Shown here piece by piece: positions 48,290 through 61,246 of a stretch of DNA of 64,000 nt. The stretch lies in NCBI GenBank assembly GCA_043228905.1, contig JBHGNT010000008.1, positions 10,974,001 to 11,038,000 of the forward strand. Direction: 5' to 3'. The stretch's first letter is position 1. The number at the start of each line of letters is the position of its first letter. Both the position numbers and the translations under genes were made by a program. This DNA comes from Azolla caroliniana. Lineage: Eukaryota; Plantae; Polypodiophyta. The notes below the pieces were generated by a model. The model had not been told where the DNA came from. It ran no database searches and saw nothing but the letters and a program-made list of their open reading frames with translations.

Positions 48290-51200
48290 TGTCATGGAGA
48301 AAACCATGCCTAGGCGGAAACCGGGTATAACGTGCGTAAACCGGCCCTTACACGTGGGCACAAGTTTTGTTGTATAGTATGTAGATAGGTACAAGTTGGC
48401 TGAGATGAAATCCTAGGTAGCACGCATTCATTAGGGAGAAAATCGAGGCGTATCCCTATCCGAAAGGATAGGGAATAAACATGATGTAAGGGGTGGTAAC
48501 GGCCTCCCTCCTTGGGCTATAAAAGAGAGGGAGAGGTATTGTAAAAGGGATCGCATTTTCTGGAGGACGAAGTGCTGCCGGACTGGAACCGAGCTCTTCT
48601 CTTCTATCTTCTCCATAGTCGTTCTGTGCAGGTTTTCGGGAGGCTGACTCTGCTCCGAGGAACGCCCTAGTGCTTCCGGTAGAGTCTCCATCTCACGTTT
48701 TGTGTGCGTGTGTGCAGGCGTCGAAGCCTATCACTTGCCGACTTGCCGGTTGTAACCTCTTGATTTATATATACACATACATTCATTTTGTCTCCATTGT
48801 TCAGAGTTAGTTGCAACTCCTGTGAATCTGTGTGTCTGGTCGGAGCCTATCACTTGCCAGCTTGCCGGTTGTAACCTCTTGATTTATATATACACATACA
48901 TTCATTCTGTCTCCATTGTTCGGAGTTAGTTGCAACTCCTGTGAATCTGTGTGTCTATGCGCGTGCGGAGTACATTGGTAATTTCCATCCCCTCTTCTCA
49001 TCCGGTTATTTCTCGGTCCAAGGCCCCCGTAGTCCCGCCTCGTTCTCCACGCATGTGCGTAACAACGCGACATATTTGGTGAACCCGACGTGAAACAGGT
49101 GGTAAAGGAATAGAAAGATGAGAGGGTCGGATCTTGCAGAAGCCATGGCTTCGGCTGTGGATCGGATAGTGAGTGTGCGCGAAGGCACAGGCACCCTCGA
49201 TAGGGCTATTGAAGCTGTCGTCGGCACGGTAGGCCGGTTTGGTGGGAAGGACGCCACGAGCTATTTGGAGGCTTACCGAGCCGAAATGGTGATGAGGGAC
49301 ACCCCAGAGGACAGGCGACTGGCCGGATTCCCTCGGGTGGAGATGGCGGGCATCCACGCGGAGGTGCTTGAGGTACGGGTTGAGAGTCGGACCTGGGAAG
49401 AGTTTGAAGGTCGGCTCCTTGAAAAATACGGGCTTGATGACGCGCTTCGGCTATCGGAGCAGGACTTCATGGATGTTAAGAAAACGTGAAGAAGGCACTC
49501 GGGCTCTTCTTATGTGCGCGGCGGATCGTAGTGTGCTGGATCGTTAGCGTGCTCTAAACAGACAGAGAAAGGAAGGGGACTTACCTCTGTAGTAGCAAAA
49601 TGGTTTTCTTCTATTACATGTAGAGCTCAACTTGCTCTCGTCAGTCTTCTGGTCTCTCACTCTCTCTCAGAGTTCTCTACTCACTATTCTCTGTTTTTTT
49701 CTTACTGCTTACTTCCTATTCACTCTCACTTACTTTTACCTAAGTCATAAGTTATTACACATGCAGCTAATTAGCTGCCAGTAGCTAATTAGCTGTCAGT
49801 CGCTAAATAGCTGTTCACTAGCTAATTAGCTGTCACTAGCTAAATAGCTGTTTTACCTTTTTGTTCACTAGTAGCTAAATAGCTACTATAGCTTATTTCT
49901 CATAAGCATCACATACCATGTTGAGCTTGCTTCTCAACACTCCCCCTCAAGCTCAACTTATTCTTGCTTGAGGTTCTCTTCAATCTTCTTTTCCATTTTG
50001 CTTTTTAGCCATCTCATCAATGTTTACAACTCCCATCATGTTCCGAAACTGTGTATGCTTTTCCACACTCAATCCCTTTGTGAGAATATCAACAACCTCA
50101 TGCTTTTCCGAAACTCATGCTCACGGACTTGATGGGACTCATCCCAAGTTTTTCAGATCTGGTCTCAATGCTTGTGGTAGAGGAAAGGAATCAGATGGAT
50201 GATGCAAATAAAGGAAACTCAGAGAACGAGGGGCAAGCCCTCTATAATAATGCCGGAAGAGGCCGAGGAAGAGGCCATGGAAGATTTGGCTCAGGAAGAA
50301 CCAATAATAATGGCTTTCAAGGAAGAGGACAACAAGCTCATAGAGGAGGAAACAACAACAGAGACAGGGGGAGCAACCGAGGTAGAGGTAAACAAACTTA
50401 TGTAAATGATGATGGCTGCTGGTATTGTGGTAAACCAGGCCATACACAGGCTGAATGTTACAAGAAACAAAATGATGAGAAAAGAGGAAAAGGACAACAG
50501 AGTAACTATGCCTCTACTAGTGAAGATTGTGAAGAGGAAGGTGTTTTTGTAGTGCAACATGAGATAGCAGCAGTGGCTGAAAGCTCACAGAAATGTAATG
50601 AAGAGTTTACGTGGTATGTAGACTCGGGGGCATCTAACCATATGACTGGACATGCAAATTGGTTTGAGAGTTTAAGAGAGACCAGAAGACTGACGAGAGC
50701 AAGTTGAGCTCTACATGTAATAGAAGAAAACCATTTTGCTACTACAAAGGTAAGTCCCCTTCCTTTCTCTGTCTGTTTAGAGCACGCTAACGATCCAGCA
50801 CACTACGATCCGCCGCGCACATAAGAAGAGCTCGAGTGCCTTCTTCACGTTTTCTTAACAATGGAATGGGTGGAGACCCCTGTGAAGGGGAGAAATGCCT
50901 TGGTGCTCCTTCGGGAATTTGAAGAACGCTTCGCGCGTCTTTCGGCGCTGGACCGGACCGTACTGGACACTAGTCGTGTCCTATTGTTCGTTAAATCGGT
51001 GGACGTAAGGGACCAAGAGCAAGTGGGCTTCCTGCTGGAGACCGATGATGGCCTAACAACCGATTGGGCTGTGGTAAAGAGAGTCTGTGGCCGTTTTGAC
51101 AAACGACGTGAGTGGGTTGATAAAGGCTTGATGGGGGCGGGTTCTATTGTGACAAGGAAAGTCGAGGTACCCCCACCGGTGCGAAGGGAAGAGACCCGAG

Positions 51201-54200
51201 ACTGGCTCGAGACCAGCTCGACTTCGACCAGCATGGTCAAAGGCTCGTCCGGAGGAGCGGCTCTGGAGAAGCTGACTCAGATGGTGAGGGACCTCCAGAT
51301 TGCACAAGCACGGAGGGACGGCGGCAAACAAGTCCGTGATCGAAGGCCTCCGGCTGGAAACCGGTGCTTGTGGTGCGATGCAGTCAGCCACGCCCGAAAG
51401 GACTGCGGGGACTTCGCCGAAGCGATAAGAGCTAACGTGGTGTACCTATAGAATGGTCGGGTGCATGCTAGCGAGACCCGAAGGCTCCTGGATCTAAATG
51501 TCGGACCAGGGGGTATGAAATGGCTGATGGAAGAAGCGTCGGCTCGCCACGCGGAGACCGTCCACTACTCGGCGTCGGCTGGAATCCGGGTCGGAAGTAA
51601 TGAAATCTGGAAGACAATGGAAGCCGGATTTTGGCCGTTGATGCTGGAAGGCCTCGCCGACGTACGACTGAGGAAAGAGGAAGCGGACCACGCGGAAAGA
51701 CGGGTCCGAGAGGCAACCGGGTGGAGTGACCCGGTCCAAGAGAAGACAGGCTTCGTTGAAGCCGCTTGCCAAAACTAAGAGGCTCTGGTGGAGGACAAGC
51801 GTGCGGGTAAGACCGGAGGGGCCGGACCCTCACAACGATATGAGGCCCGGTTTGGGCAAAAGGTGAATGATGCCAGTGCGACCAGCGCACCGGATAATGC
51901 CAAGAGGGCCGGGTATCGATTGAGCACATAGATCGAGAGGACCACGGACCTGCGAAAGGTCCTCAAGGAACGTATCCTCGACAACAAAGTCGAGCTGTCA
52001 CTAAGGGAAGTGCTCGGAATCGCCAAGAAGGAGTTCCATGACTCCATCGTGGACTTGGTGAAACGAAAAAGGCTTTCGACAGAGCCGGAGCTGGAGAAGC
52101 CAGTGGAGGTACGAATGACGCACCTAGAAGACATGGCTCTAGAAGACGAGTTGGCGGAGAGCCACTACTCAAGGCCACATTGGGCCAGAGCAACCACGGA
52201 GACCCCCGTTAGGATCGGAGATGTTCAGGAGCTGGTGGTGGCGTTGGTGGACCACGGTTCGGAAATCAACTTGATGTCCATGGACTTCTATAAGAAGGGG
52301 AAGTGGCCGATCAACACCAAGCACGGGTGTAAAATACGGGCAGCAATGCGCGCCACGGAAGAGCTGCATGGAGCCTGCCCGAGTGTACGAGTGAAAATCG
52401 GTGATGTCGAGATCGATCAACACTTGTTTGTGCAGGAGACGTCCTCGCATCCGGTTATACTCGGGGAATTGTACATCACGACGGCACAGATGGAGACAAA
52501 GGTGCGAACAACGGTTTGGCATATGCACGAGTCAAGAGCTAGGACGGGCGTCACTCGGTCCAGTTCTTGACAGTGCGACCGAACCATGAGCGTAACCGCG
52601 AGACCCTCGGAGGCGAAAACCGAGAGGATTTTTAGAGAGGGCTATCAAGGCGTGGGGCCGCGATAGTCCGAACACCCCGGAAAAACCCCATAGATGTACT
52701 ATAGGCAAAAAGACTTGTACCATAGGTAGGAAATTTTGGTTCTCCGATAGCGGAGGTTGTACAATAGCCGGCGTAGTTGGCCGGGAGAAGAAGTGGGCGG
52801 AGGAGTGACTTCGGGCATGCGGAGTCCTCGGCCTTTTGAAGAGGAAATCAATGGAGCCATGGAGGCGGTCTCTTTCGATGACACCTTAGGGCAGTTACGG
52901 GAGGTGTTCGGAGAAGGCCTTAATGAGGACCGGACGATTCCGGTAAGTTCGGAAAAGATGTATGAAGTCATCGCTGACTTCGGTAATGGACTCGAGTGGG
53001 ATCAGACGGCCCGAGTGGATACGAAGTACAAGACTGTGGACCGGAAGGTGAGGCCAGTTGCGGCACCCTTGCCGGAGGGCAACGAGTTACGGATAAAGGG
53101 AGTCGCGTCGGACCCAAGTTTACGAGATCCGGCCCGCATAGGACACACGTTCACCGACATAACGCTACCGGAGCTCAAGATCGATGGGGGTGGCTTTCTA
53201 CTGCTGGCGGAAGAGGACCGGTTTCGGTGAATGCTCGGGAGGCACGGGAAGGCTTTCGCATTCTCACCGGAGGAGATCGGGTGCGTAGACCCGACGGTTG
53301 TGGAACCAATGGTGATCTTCACGGTACCGCATGTGCCGTGGAATCTCAAACCGATTCCAATACCCAGAGCTCACATCTCGAAGCAGATGGAGCTGCTGAA
53401 ATAGAAGGTGGAGATGGGCATCCTTGAACCGTTGAGTGCCCCATACTCGAATCGGTGGTTTACCGTGCTAAAGAAGAATGACACGTTGCACTTTATTCAA
53501 GACCTACAGTCAGTCAACAAGGTGACCATTCGGAACGCAGGAATCGGACCGACGCGGACGCCTTCGCCGAAAGGTCGATTTACTCAGTCGATGGTCTGTA
53601 CTCGGGGTACGATCAGTTCCAACTAGCCGTGGAGAGTAGGGACATTACGATGATGCAGACTTCTCTCGGCCTAGTGCGGATGTGTACCCTCCCGCAAGGA
53701 AGGACGAACTCGGTAGCCCACATGGTGAACGCCATGAACAAAGTGTTGAGGGATTGTATCCCGGGCATCCTCATGTCATTCTTAGACGACATCCCAATCA
53801 AAGGATGCCCGGTGGAGGAAAAGGACGAGACAATTGGACTGGACAGATGTTAGAAATTTGTGGCGGCTCACGTCGATGACTGCGAGAAGGCACTGCAAAA
53901 AGACTAGAAGGCGCGAGGCTCACCTTCTCTGGGGAAAAATCAGCCTTCGGGCAATCAGAGATCATGGTCGTTGGACACCTATGCGGGCCATACGGTCGGA
54001 TACCGTCTCCTGCCAAGGTCGAGGCCGTCTCCGCGATGAAGCAAGACTGCAATTCGGTTACGGAGGTTCGGAGATTCCTGGGAGCATGTGCGTTCTACCA
54101 TATCTGGATCCCGCATTACGCCCACATCGCAGAGCCGCTCTATGGGTTGCTGAAGAAAGGGTGTAAATTCGAGTGGAGAGACGAACATACGGAGTCGGTC

Positions 54201-56814
54201 CGGAAGATGAAAGAAGCACTTGCCACAATACCAGCACTCTGAAAGGCTGTCTACGACAAAGACACTCTGATTTACGTGACCATAGACACGAGTCCGACCG
54301 GGATCGGGTGGGTGATCAACCAAGAGGATGACGATGGCGCAAGGTTCCCCATCCGGTTTGGCGCGAAAGTTCTCAGTGACCGACAGTGGGGGTACGGCTA
54401 GGTTAAACGTGAACTCTGGGGTATCGTTTCGGCGGTCAAGACCGATACAGACTACTTGATTGGGATGGAAGTGATAATCAAGACGGAGTGCCTGCCGATT
54501 CTCGGCATGGTTTCCAGATGTGCGACGCCGGACCTGGCAATGCTCATGTGGATAGCGTACATCAAGTCCCTGAATCCGGAAATACGACACATTTTTGGAA
54601 AGGACAATGCCATGGCCGACATGCTTTCGAGAGCGAGGTTCGATGCCGAGGACGAGGAAGTCAGTGTGGACTTCTTCAAGGCGGCTTACGTAACAACAAG
54701 AAAGGGGAGCACTCCGGCGCTTAACGAATTCGACGAGAGCAAGTACGACGGGGAGTGGCTCCAGATCGGCGGGTTCCTAACGACAATGACACCGGACGTG
54801 GCGTGGACGAAGGAAGAGACCAACCAGATTTGGAAGAAAGCGTACCGATTCTTCCTACAGGATAGGAGCATATGGAAGCACCCGAAGAAGAGAAACGACA
54901 TCCCGCTCCGAGTGGTGGTGAAGAAAGAGGAACAGGAAGAATTGCTGATAGCATACCCCGAGAGTCCCTGGGCCGAACACTGCGGGAGGTGGGCCACATT
55001 CGAGAAGCTAAAGGGGAAGTACTGATGGCCTGGACTATACCGGGACGTGCATCGGTTTGTGACGACTTGCAAAGGCTGTCTGGTGCACTCCATAGTCCGA
55101 TATCGGGATGAGATTCACCCGACCTACCCTCCGACTGTCCACTTTAAGTGGATGGTGGATCTGGTGACGATACCGATGGGGGTAGAGCAGATGCGGTATC
55201 TGGTGCTCGTTCGGGAGGACCTGACAAACCAGGTGGAAGGCCGAGCGTTGCAGAACAAAACGACTATGTCCGTGTGCCGATTCCTGATTGAAGAAGTGGT
55301 ATGCCGGTACGGGTGCATAGGTAAGATCGTGACCGACCGCGGAGAATTGGACGCGCAAGAGGCGGAAGAGATGTTTGATCGGCTAAGGATTAAACTCTCG
55401 CTCACCACAGCGTACAATCGGGAGGCTAACAGGAAGGTGGAACTCGGACACGGGCCGATCATCAAAGCGTTAGTACGGGCGTGTGGAGGCCAAGTCGAAA
55501 ACTGGCCACGGCTCTTACCCTATGCGTTGTGGGCGGACCAAACTACGCACAATTCGGTAACCGGGTTCATGCCGGCAGAGCTAATGTACGGGCAAAAGCC
55601 GATCATGCCAACGGAGCAGACAATCTCCTCATGGGCCACGGTGGACTGGAAAGAAGAGATGAGCCGGGAGGAGCTGTTAGTGGCATGGATTCGGCAGCTG
55701 GAGCGAAGACCGGAGGACGTGGATCGAGTTGCGGAGAAGCTACGGGTGGCGAGGGTAAGGAACAAAGGACGGTTCGACTAGAATCACCGATTGAGACCAA
55801 AAAAGATCAAGGAAGGTGACTGGGTTCTAGTGTATGATAGTAGCCTCGTCAACCAGCACAGGGCAATGCGGAAGTTTGCAAGAAGGTGGTTCGGCCCTTA
55901 TGTGGTGACAAGCGCCAATGACAATGGGACCTACCATCTCGCGGAGCTCCATGGGACAAGGATGGTGGTGCCGGTGGCGGGAAAGAGGATCAAAGCATTC
56001 AAAAAGCGGCACGAGGTAGAACCATACCCGGACGACCTGGATGGCGACAACGACCGGCTCAGAACGGATGACGATCCGGAGGATGAAGGATAAGTGTGGG
56101 CCGGTCTTCTCCGGCAAGTGTCTAATTTTGGGCATACCGGTGGATGTGCAGTTAGGTGGGGGCGGATGTCGTGGAGAAAACTGTCCCTAGGCGGAAACCG
56201 GGTATAACATGCGTAAACCGGCCCTTACACGTGGGCACAATTTTTGTTCTATAGTACGTAGATAGGTACAAGTCGGCTGAGGTGAAATCCTAGGTAGCAC
56301 GCATTCATTAGGGAGAAAATCAAGGCGTATCCCTATCCGAAAAGACAGGGAATAAACATGATGTAAGGGGTGGTCACGGTCTCCCTCCTTGGGCTATAAA
56401 AGGGAGGGAGAGGTATTGTAAAAGGGATTGCGTTTTGTGGAGGATGAAGTGCTGTCGGACTGGAACCGAGCTCTTCTCTTCTATCTTCTCCATAGTCGTT
56501 CTGTGCAAGTTTTCGGGAGGATGACTCTACTCCGCGGAACGCCCGAGTGCTTCCGGCAGAGTCTTCATCTCACGTTCTGTGTGCATGTGTGCAGGCGTCG
56601 AAGCCTATCACTCGCCGACTTGCCGGTTGTATCCTCTTGATTTATATATACACATACATTCATTCTGTCTCCATTGTTCGGAGTTAGTTGCAACTCCTGT
56701 GAATCTGTGTGTCTGTGTGCGTACGGAGTACATTGGTAATTTCCTTCCCCTCTTCTCATCCGGTTATTTCTCGGTCCAAGGCCCCCGTGGTCCCGCCTCG
56801 TTCTCCACGCACGC
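48290..56814 (+). mobile_element. Element B: decayed full-length non-chromovirus Ty3/gypsy with tRNA-Trp PBS; LTRs 48290-49072 and 56167-56814 (last ~16 bp displaced by insertion I)
   Basis: PBS TGGTGAACCCGACGTGAA 49077-94. gag 49118-51450 (CLWCDAVSHARKDC), protease LVDHGSEIN, RT LPQG..NS/FLDD, RNaseH, INT to 56093, PPT 56153-56166. Confidence 0.9.
49474..50860. mobile_element. Element H: rearranged copia derivative with 185-bp terminal INVERTED repeats; TSD ATGGA
   Basis: ATGGA at 49469-73 and 50861-65. 49474-49658 is the reverse complement of 50676-50860 (2 mismatches seen). Contains a whole LTR (49474-49939, minus), PPT, RNaseH end (minus) and a gag/protease piece (plus, 50117-50675). Confidence 0.9.
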
Positions 56815-57196
56815 TGTCGAGTTGTTACGCTCTTCGCGTGTGGAAAGAGGTGTTGTAGATTAGGAACACGGTCTGCGGTCAGTCCTTCGACCTAGACCTC
56901 AAAGTGGGTGTGGAACAACGAACAGGTGTTTAAGCGTACTGCGTAGGGGAAGAATCCCTGTAACCTATCAGTGCATAAGGGAGACGACTACAACCGAATC
57001 CCTATCACGGGTTCCACTTATGTACTTACACGCTTAGGTAATTAAGACACAATGAATTAGCCGTAGCTATACACAGGAAATCAGAGAAGATAGAATTCTA
57101 TTATCGGGCGTTTCTTTACATTCCCAAAATTACACACACCCCTATCAGAGGTTTTTCTGGCCTTTATATACGCAGGGTCTATTTAGCCGTTCACGC
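56815..57196 (-). mobile_element. Element I: U5/R part of an LTR inserted in the end of the B 3' LTR
   Basis: Starts TGTCGAG. Reverse complement aligns with 3225-3573. Interrupted by G. Confidence 0.75.
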
Positions 57197-60100
57197 TGTC
57201 GCGAAAATACGACGAGGATACGTGAATGTTGAGGCAAGACCCCGGGGCCTTTGTCTAGAGGATATCAAATTCGTGTATTTATGTACTAAGAATTAACCGA
57301 AATGAGAAAGATTAACAAATTTCATTAATAAAAGGGAAAGAAAGATTACAATCAATCCCAAGATTGGGATTACAAAAGTTTTATCTTATGGAGATGATTA
57401 GAATAATAGATTAGAGGAAATAAGAGATTATGATTCTTGAGTGATATGGCTTTGACAAGGAATTTTGGATTTTGAGAGATTGCTTCCGTATAGAAATTAT
57501 GGTTTACTTGAGAGATAGCTTCCGTAGGGAAGATTAGGGTTCTTGGCTTCGATAAGATAAGAGAGCTCCCAAAGAAAAGAAAAAAAAAATTATAATATGG
57601 AGAGTCTATCCTAGTGTAGGGAAAAAAATGGAATAAATATGGAGTTCCCCCTTGATCATAGCCTTTCCACTTTTTGTTGCATGGCCTCTACTTTTAGTTG
57701 CCTAGCTTTTTCTTTTGGTTGCATGTGACTGTCCACATGACCTTTACTTTTTCCATGCACTCCCTTCTTTAGTTGCTTGCGTCCACATGGCCTTTACTTT
57801 AGTTCTTTTCACTTTACTTTAGTTTGTTGCATGATCCAATCTTTCGTCCGTCCGCGTCCAACCTCGTCCGGTAGCCGGTTCCATTTTGCTTGCCGGCCGG
57901 TTCCTGTTTGCTTGCCAGTTCCAGTTCCGGTTTTGCTTGCCGGCCGGTTCCGGTTCCGGTTTTTATGCCGGCTCGTTCCGGTTTGCTTGCCGGTTCCGGT
58001 TTGCTTGCCGGGGACGAGGTGGGTCGGCACACACTGGAGGCGGTTCAAGTTCCGGTTTTGCTTGCCGGCCGGTTCCGGTTTGCTTGCCGGTTCCGGTTCC
58101 GGTTTTGCTTGCTGGCCGGTTTCCAGTTTTGCTTGCCAGCCGGTTTTCGGTTTGCATACCCGTTCCGGTTCCGGTTTGCTTGCCGGCCGGTTCCGGTTTT
58201 GCTTACCGGCTGGTTTCCGGTTTTACTTACCGGCCGGTTTCCGGTTTTACTTACCGGCCGGTTTGCATACCCGTTCCGGTTCCAGTTTTGCTTGTCAGCC
58301 GGTTCCGGTTTTGCATACCGGCCGGTTTCCGGATTGCATACCGGCCGGTTTCCAGATTTGCTTACCGACCCGTTTCCAGATTTGCTTACCGGACCCGTTT
58401 TCCGGGTTTTAAGGAATTTGGCCACCATCATCCATCAAGACAAAGTGGCCAAAGTGCTCTTAGCACAAATGAAAAGTGAGGGAGCTCAAGGTGTTTATAT
58501 AGCCAGGGCCTTAACTTTCCTATTTATGTGGGATAGTTCTAATTTCCCTATCTAATCAAACTTTATTTTCTCATAACTTGGTATGTATTTCTCCATTTTG
58601 TATATAGTAAAATACATTTTGAAGCTCTTGAGTATATCCATCTTTCTAGAGTAAGCTACTAATCTAATCTATAATAATTATTTCATTATTTATTTACATA
58701 GTGTGTGAAGATTCACACGACATTCGCCCCCACCAAACCTGCACATCCACTGGTATGTGCCAATTTTGGTGAGGATTCATTTTTGTTTACTATACTTTTT
58801 CATCGATGCTTAAGACTGAATCGTCAAAAGCTTTGAATCCAATTTCTATTCTATCTCTTCTCTTGAAGATCTTGATTCTTTTACCGGCAATTGGCAAGGC
58901 AAGTGGTGTACCATCCAGTTCTACTAAATGATATGTTGCATTATCTTCCACTTTCTTCACCACATATGGCCCAAACCATTGTTGTGAGAATTTTCGAGCC
59001 GTACTATGTTGGTTATCTAGGCTACTTTCATAGACTAGCACCCAATCTCCTTCAACGATTTTCCTCGGCCGAAGTCAATGTCGTTTATCGAAGTCTTTCT
59101 TGTTCTTTAGCCTTGTATTCTTTAGCCGCGCTTTAGCCACCTCTACATCTTCCAAATTCCGCTCTAATTGTCGAATCCTCAATGCTAGAAGATCTTCTCT
59201 ACTTATCTCATCTTGCCATGGCAATGCAAACCATGAAATAATACTTTGTTCTACCGGCATTATTGGCTTTTGTCCGAATATGAGCTCTGCCGGCATGTAT
59301 CCCGTCACCGTGCTATGAGTAGTCCTGTCAGCCCATAATGCAAATGGCAATAGACGTGGCCATTCTCCTATTTTCCCATGGCAAGCTTTCACTAGAGCCT
59401 TCACAATCGGTCCATGTCCACGTTCCACCTTCCCATTTGCTTCCAGATTATACGCCATGGTAAGAGATAATTTGATTCCCATCCTTGAGAAGAATTCTTT
59501 AGCTTCATTGGCGTCCAACTCGCCTCTATCAGCCACTATCTTGCCGACGCATCCATATCTACAAATAACATCTTCAAGAAGGAATCGGCATACCGATGAT
59601 GTCTCCTTAGTTCTTAATGCTCGCCCTTCAACTTGATTGGTAAGATCCTCTCTCGCAAGCACAAGATACTTCATCTGCCATCGTCCCATTGTAATGCACT
59701 TCACCATCCACTTGTAATGCATAGCCAACGGGTAAGTCGGATGAAGTCCATCTCGATGGCGAATATTCGAAAACATTTGACATTCCTTACATGTTTCTGC
59801 ATAAGCTGCTACATCTTTGTAGATGCCCGGCCACTAATATTTCTCCTTCAGCTTCGCAAACGTAGCCCATATTCCTCGATGGCCTGCAAAAACACTATCA
59901 TGAAATTCGGACATTAGTCTTTGTTGGTCTTCTAGCTTGCAGACAACTCTCATCGGAGTCCCATTCTTCTTTTTTGCATGTTTCCAAAGAGCTCCATCCT
60001 TAAGGAAATACTTGTATGCTTTCTTCCGAATTCGATGGAAGTCTTCTGTCAACCATGATTCATCTTTTTGGAGAGAACTCAAGTATTTCCCGATCTCCAC

Positions 60101-61030
60101 GAATTCGCCTTCGTAGTCCTCTTCTATGAAAGTAGTCAACACCCGAGCATAGGAACTTGCAAAGAAATCCAAGCCAACATCATCTTCATCAGAATGTCGA
60201 TCTTCTTCTCCGTCGTATCTCGCTCGTGATAGCATGTCTGCAACGACATTACGCTTCCCAGCTACATGACGGATCTTTGGGTTGAGTGATTTGATATATG
60301 CAATCCAACGCAACATGACAATATCCGGTGTATTACAACCAGATATCATACCCAAAATTGGTAGGCAATCTGTCTCAATTATGACTTCTGCTCCAATAAG
60401 GTAATCACGATCAGATTTGATTGCCGAGACGATCCCCCATAGCTCCCTCTTCACTTGGGCATACCTTCTTTGCCTGTCACTTAACACTTTCGCGCCAAAC
60501 CGAATTGCATATCGGTTGCAATCTTCATCTTCTTGGTTGATAACCCATCCAATTCCAATTGGACTAGTATCCACAGTCACGAAAATGGGCTTGCCGTATG
60601 AATAGTCCGCTTTCCGTAATGCAGGTGCCTCCATCAAAAATTTCTTCAGCCTTCGGATGGCGATTGTATGCTCGCTCGTCCATTCGAACATCCGCTTCTT
60701 CTTTAGTAGACCATATAATGGCTCAGCAATGTGGGTGTAGTGTGGAATCCAAATATGATAAAACACGCATGCTCCAAGGAACCTTCGAACCTCCGTTTCG
60801 GTTACACATTCTTCTTTCATGTCTTGAATTGCATTCACCTTGGATGGCGAAGGCTTCCGACCATATGCTCCACACAAGTGACCTACCACCAAGATCTCTG
60901 GTTGCCCGAATGCGGATTTTTCTCCCGAAAATGTCAAATTTTCATCTTCGAGCCTTTGGAGCACCTTCTCGCAATCTTTCATATGATCCATGACGAACTT
61001 TCTACATCCATCCTTATCTTTTGATTCATC
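57197..61030 (-). mobile_element. Element G: 3' half of a Ty3/gypsy of the B lineage; 3' LTR 57197-58722, INT-RNaseH-RT end 58790-61030
   Basis: TGTCG...CGACA LTR. PPT at 58723-58738. ORFs 59834-61036 and 59075-59776 are homologous to B pol. Confidence 0.85.
57870..58410. repeat. CCGGTT/TTTGCTTGCCGG minisatellite inside the G LTR (inverted copy 61247-61560)
   Basis: Directly visible low-complexity array. Confidence 0.9.
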
Positions 61031-61246
61031 CATCAAGACAAAGTGGCCAAAGTGCTCTCGTTTCCGGATTTGCTTACCGGGTTTTAAGGAATTTGGCCAC
61101 CATCATCCATCAAGACAAAGTGGCCAGAATGCTCTTAGCACAAATGAAAAATGAGGGAGCTCAAGGTGTTTATATAGCCAGGGCCTTAACTTTCCTATCT
61201 ATCTGGGATAGTTCTAATTTCCCTATCTAATCAAACTTTATTTTCT

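Noticed and set aside
50686-50760. Hammerhead ribozyme (CTGACGA followed by a GAGC/GCTC stem) in the H repeat
   Set aside because: GAAA does not follow stem II directly and stem I cannot form.
56810-57196. CACGC on both sides of fragment I as its TSD
   Set aside because: The right-hand CACGC is part of the I LTR itself (present in the homologue near 3227), so it is G's target, not I's TSD.
57777-58555. Several 130-220 aa ORFs in all frames (also 61227-61651)
   Set aside because: By-products of a stop-free CCGGTT minisatellite.
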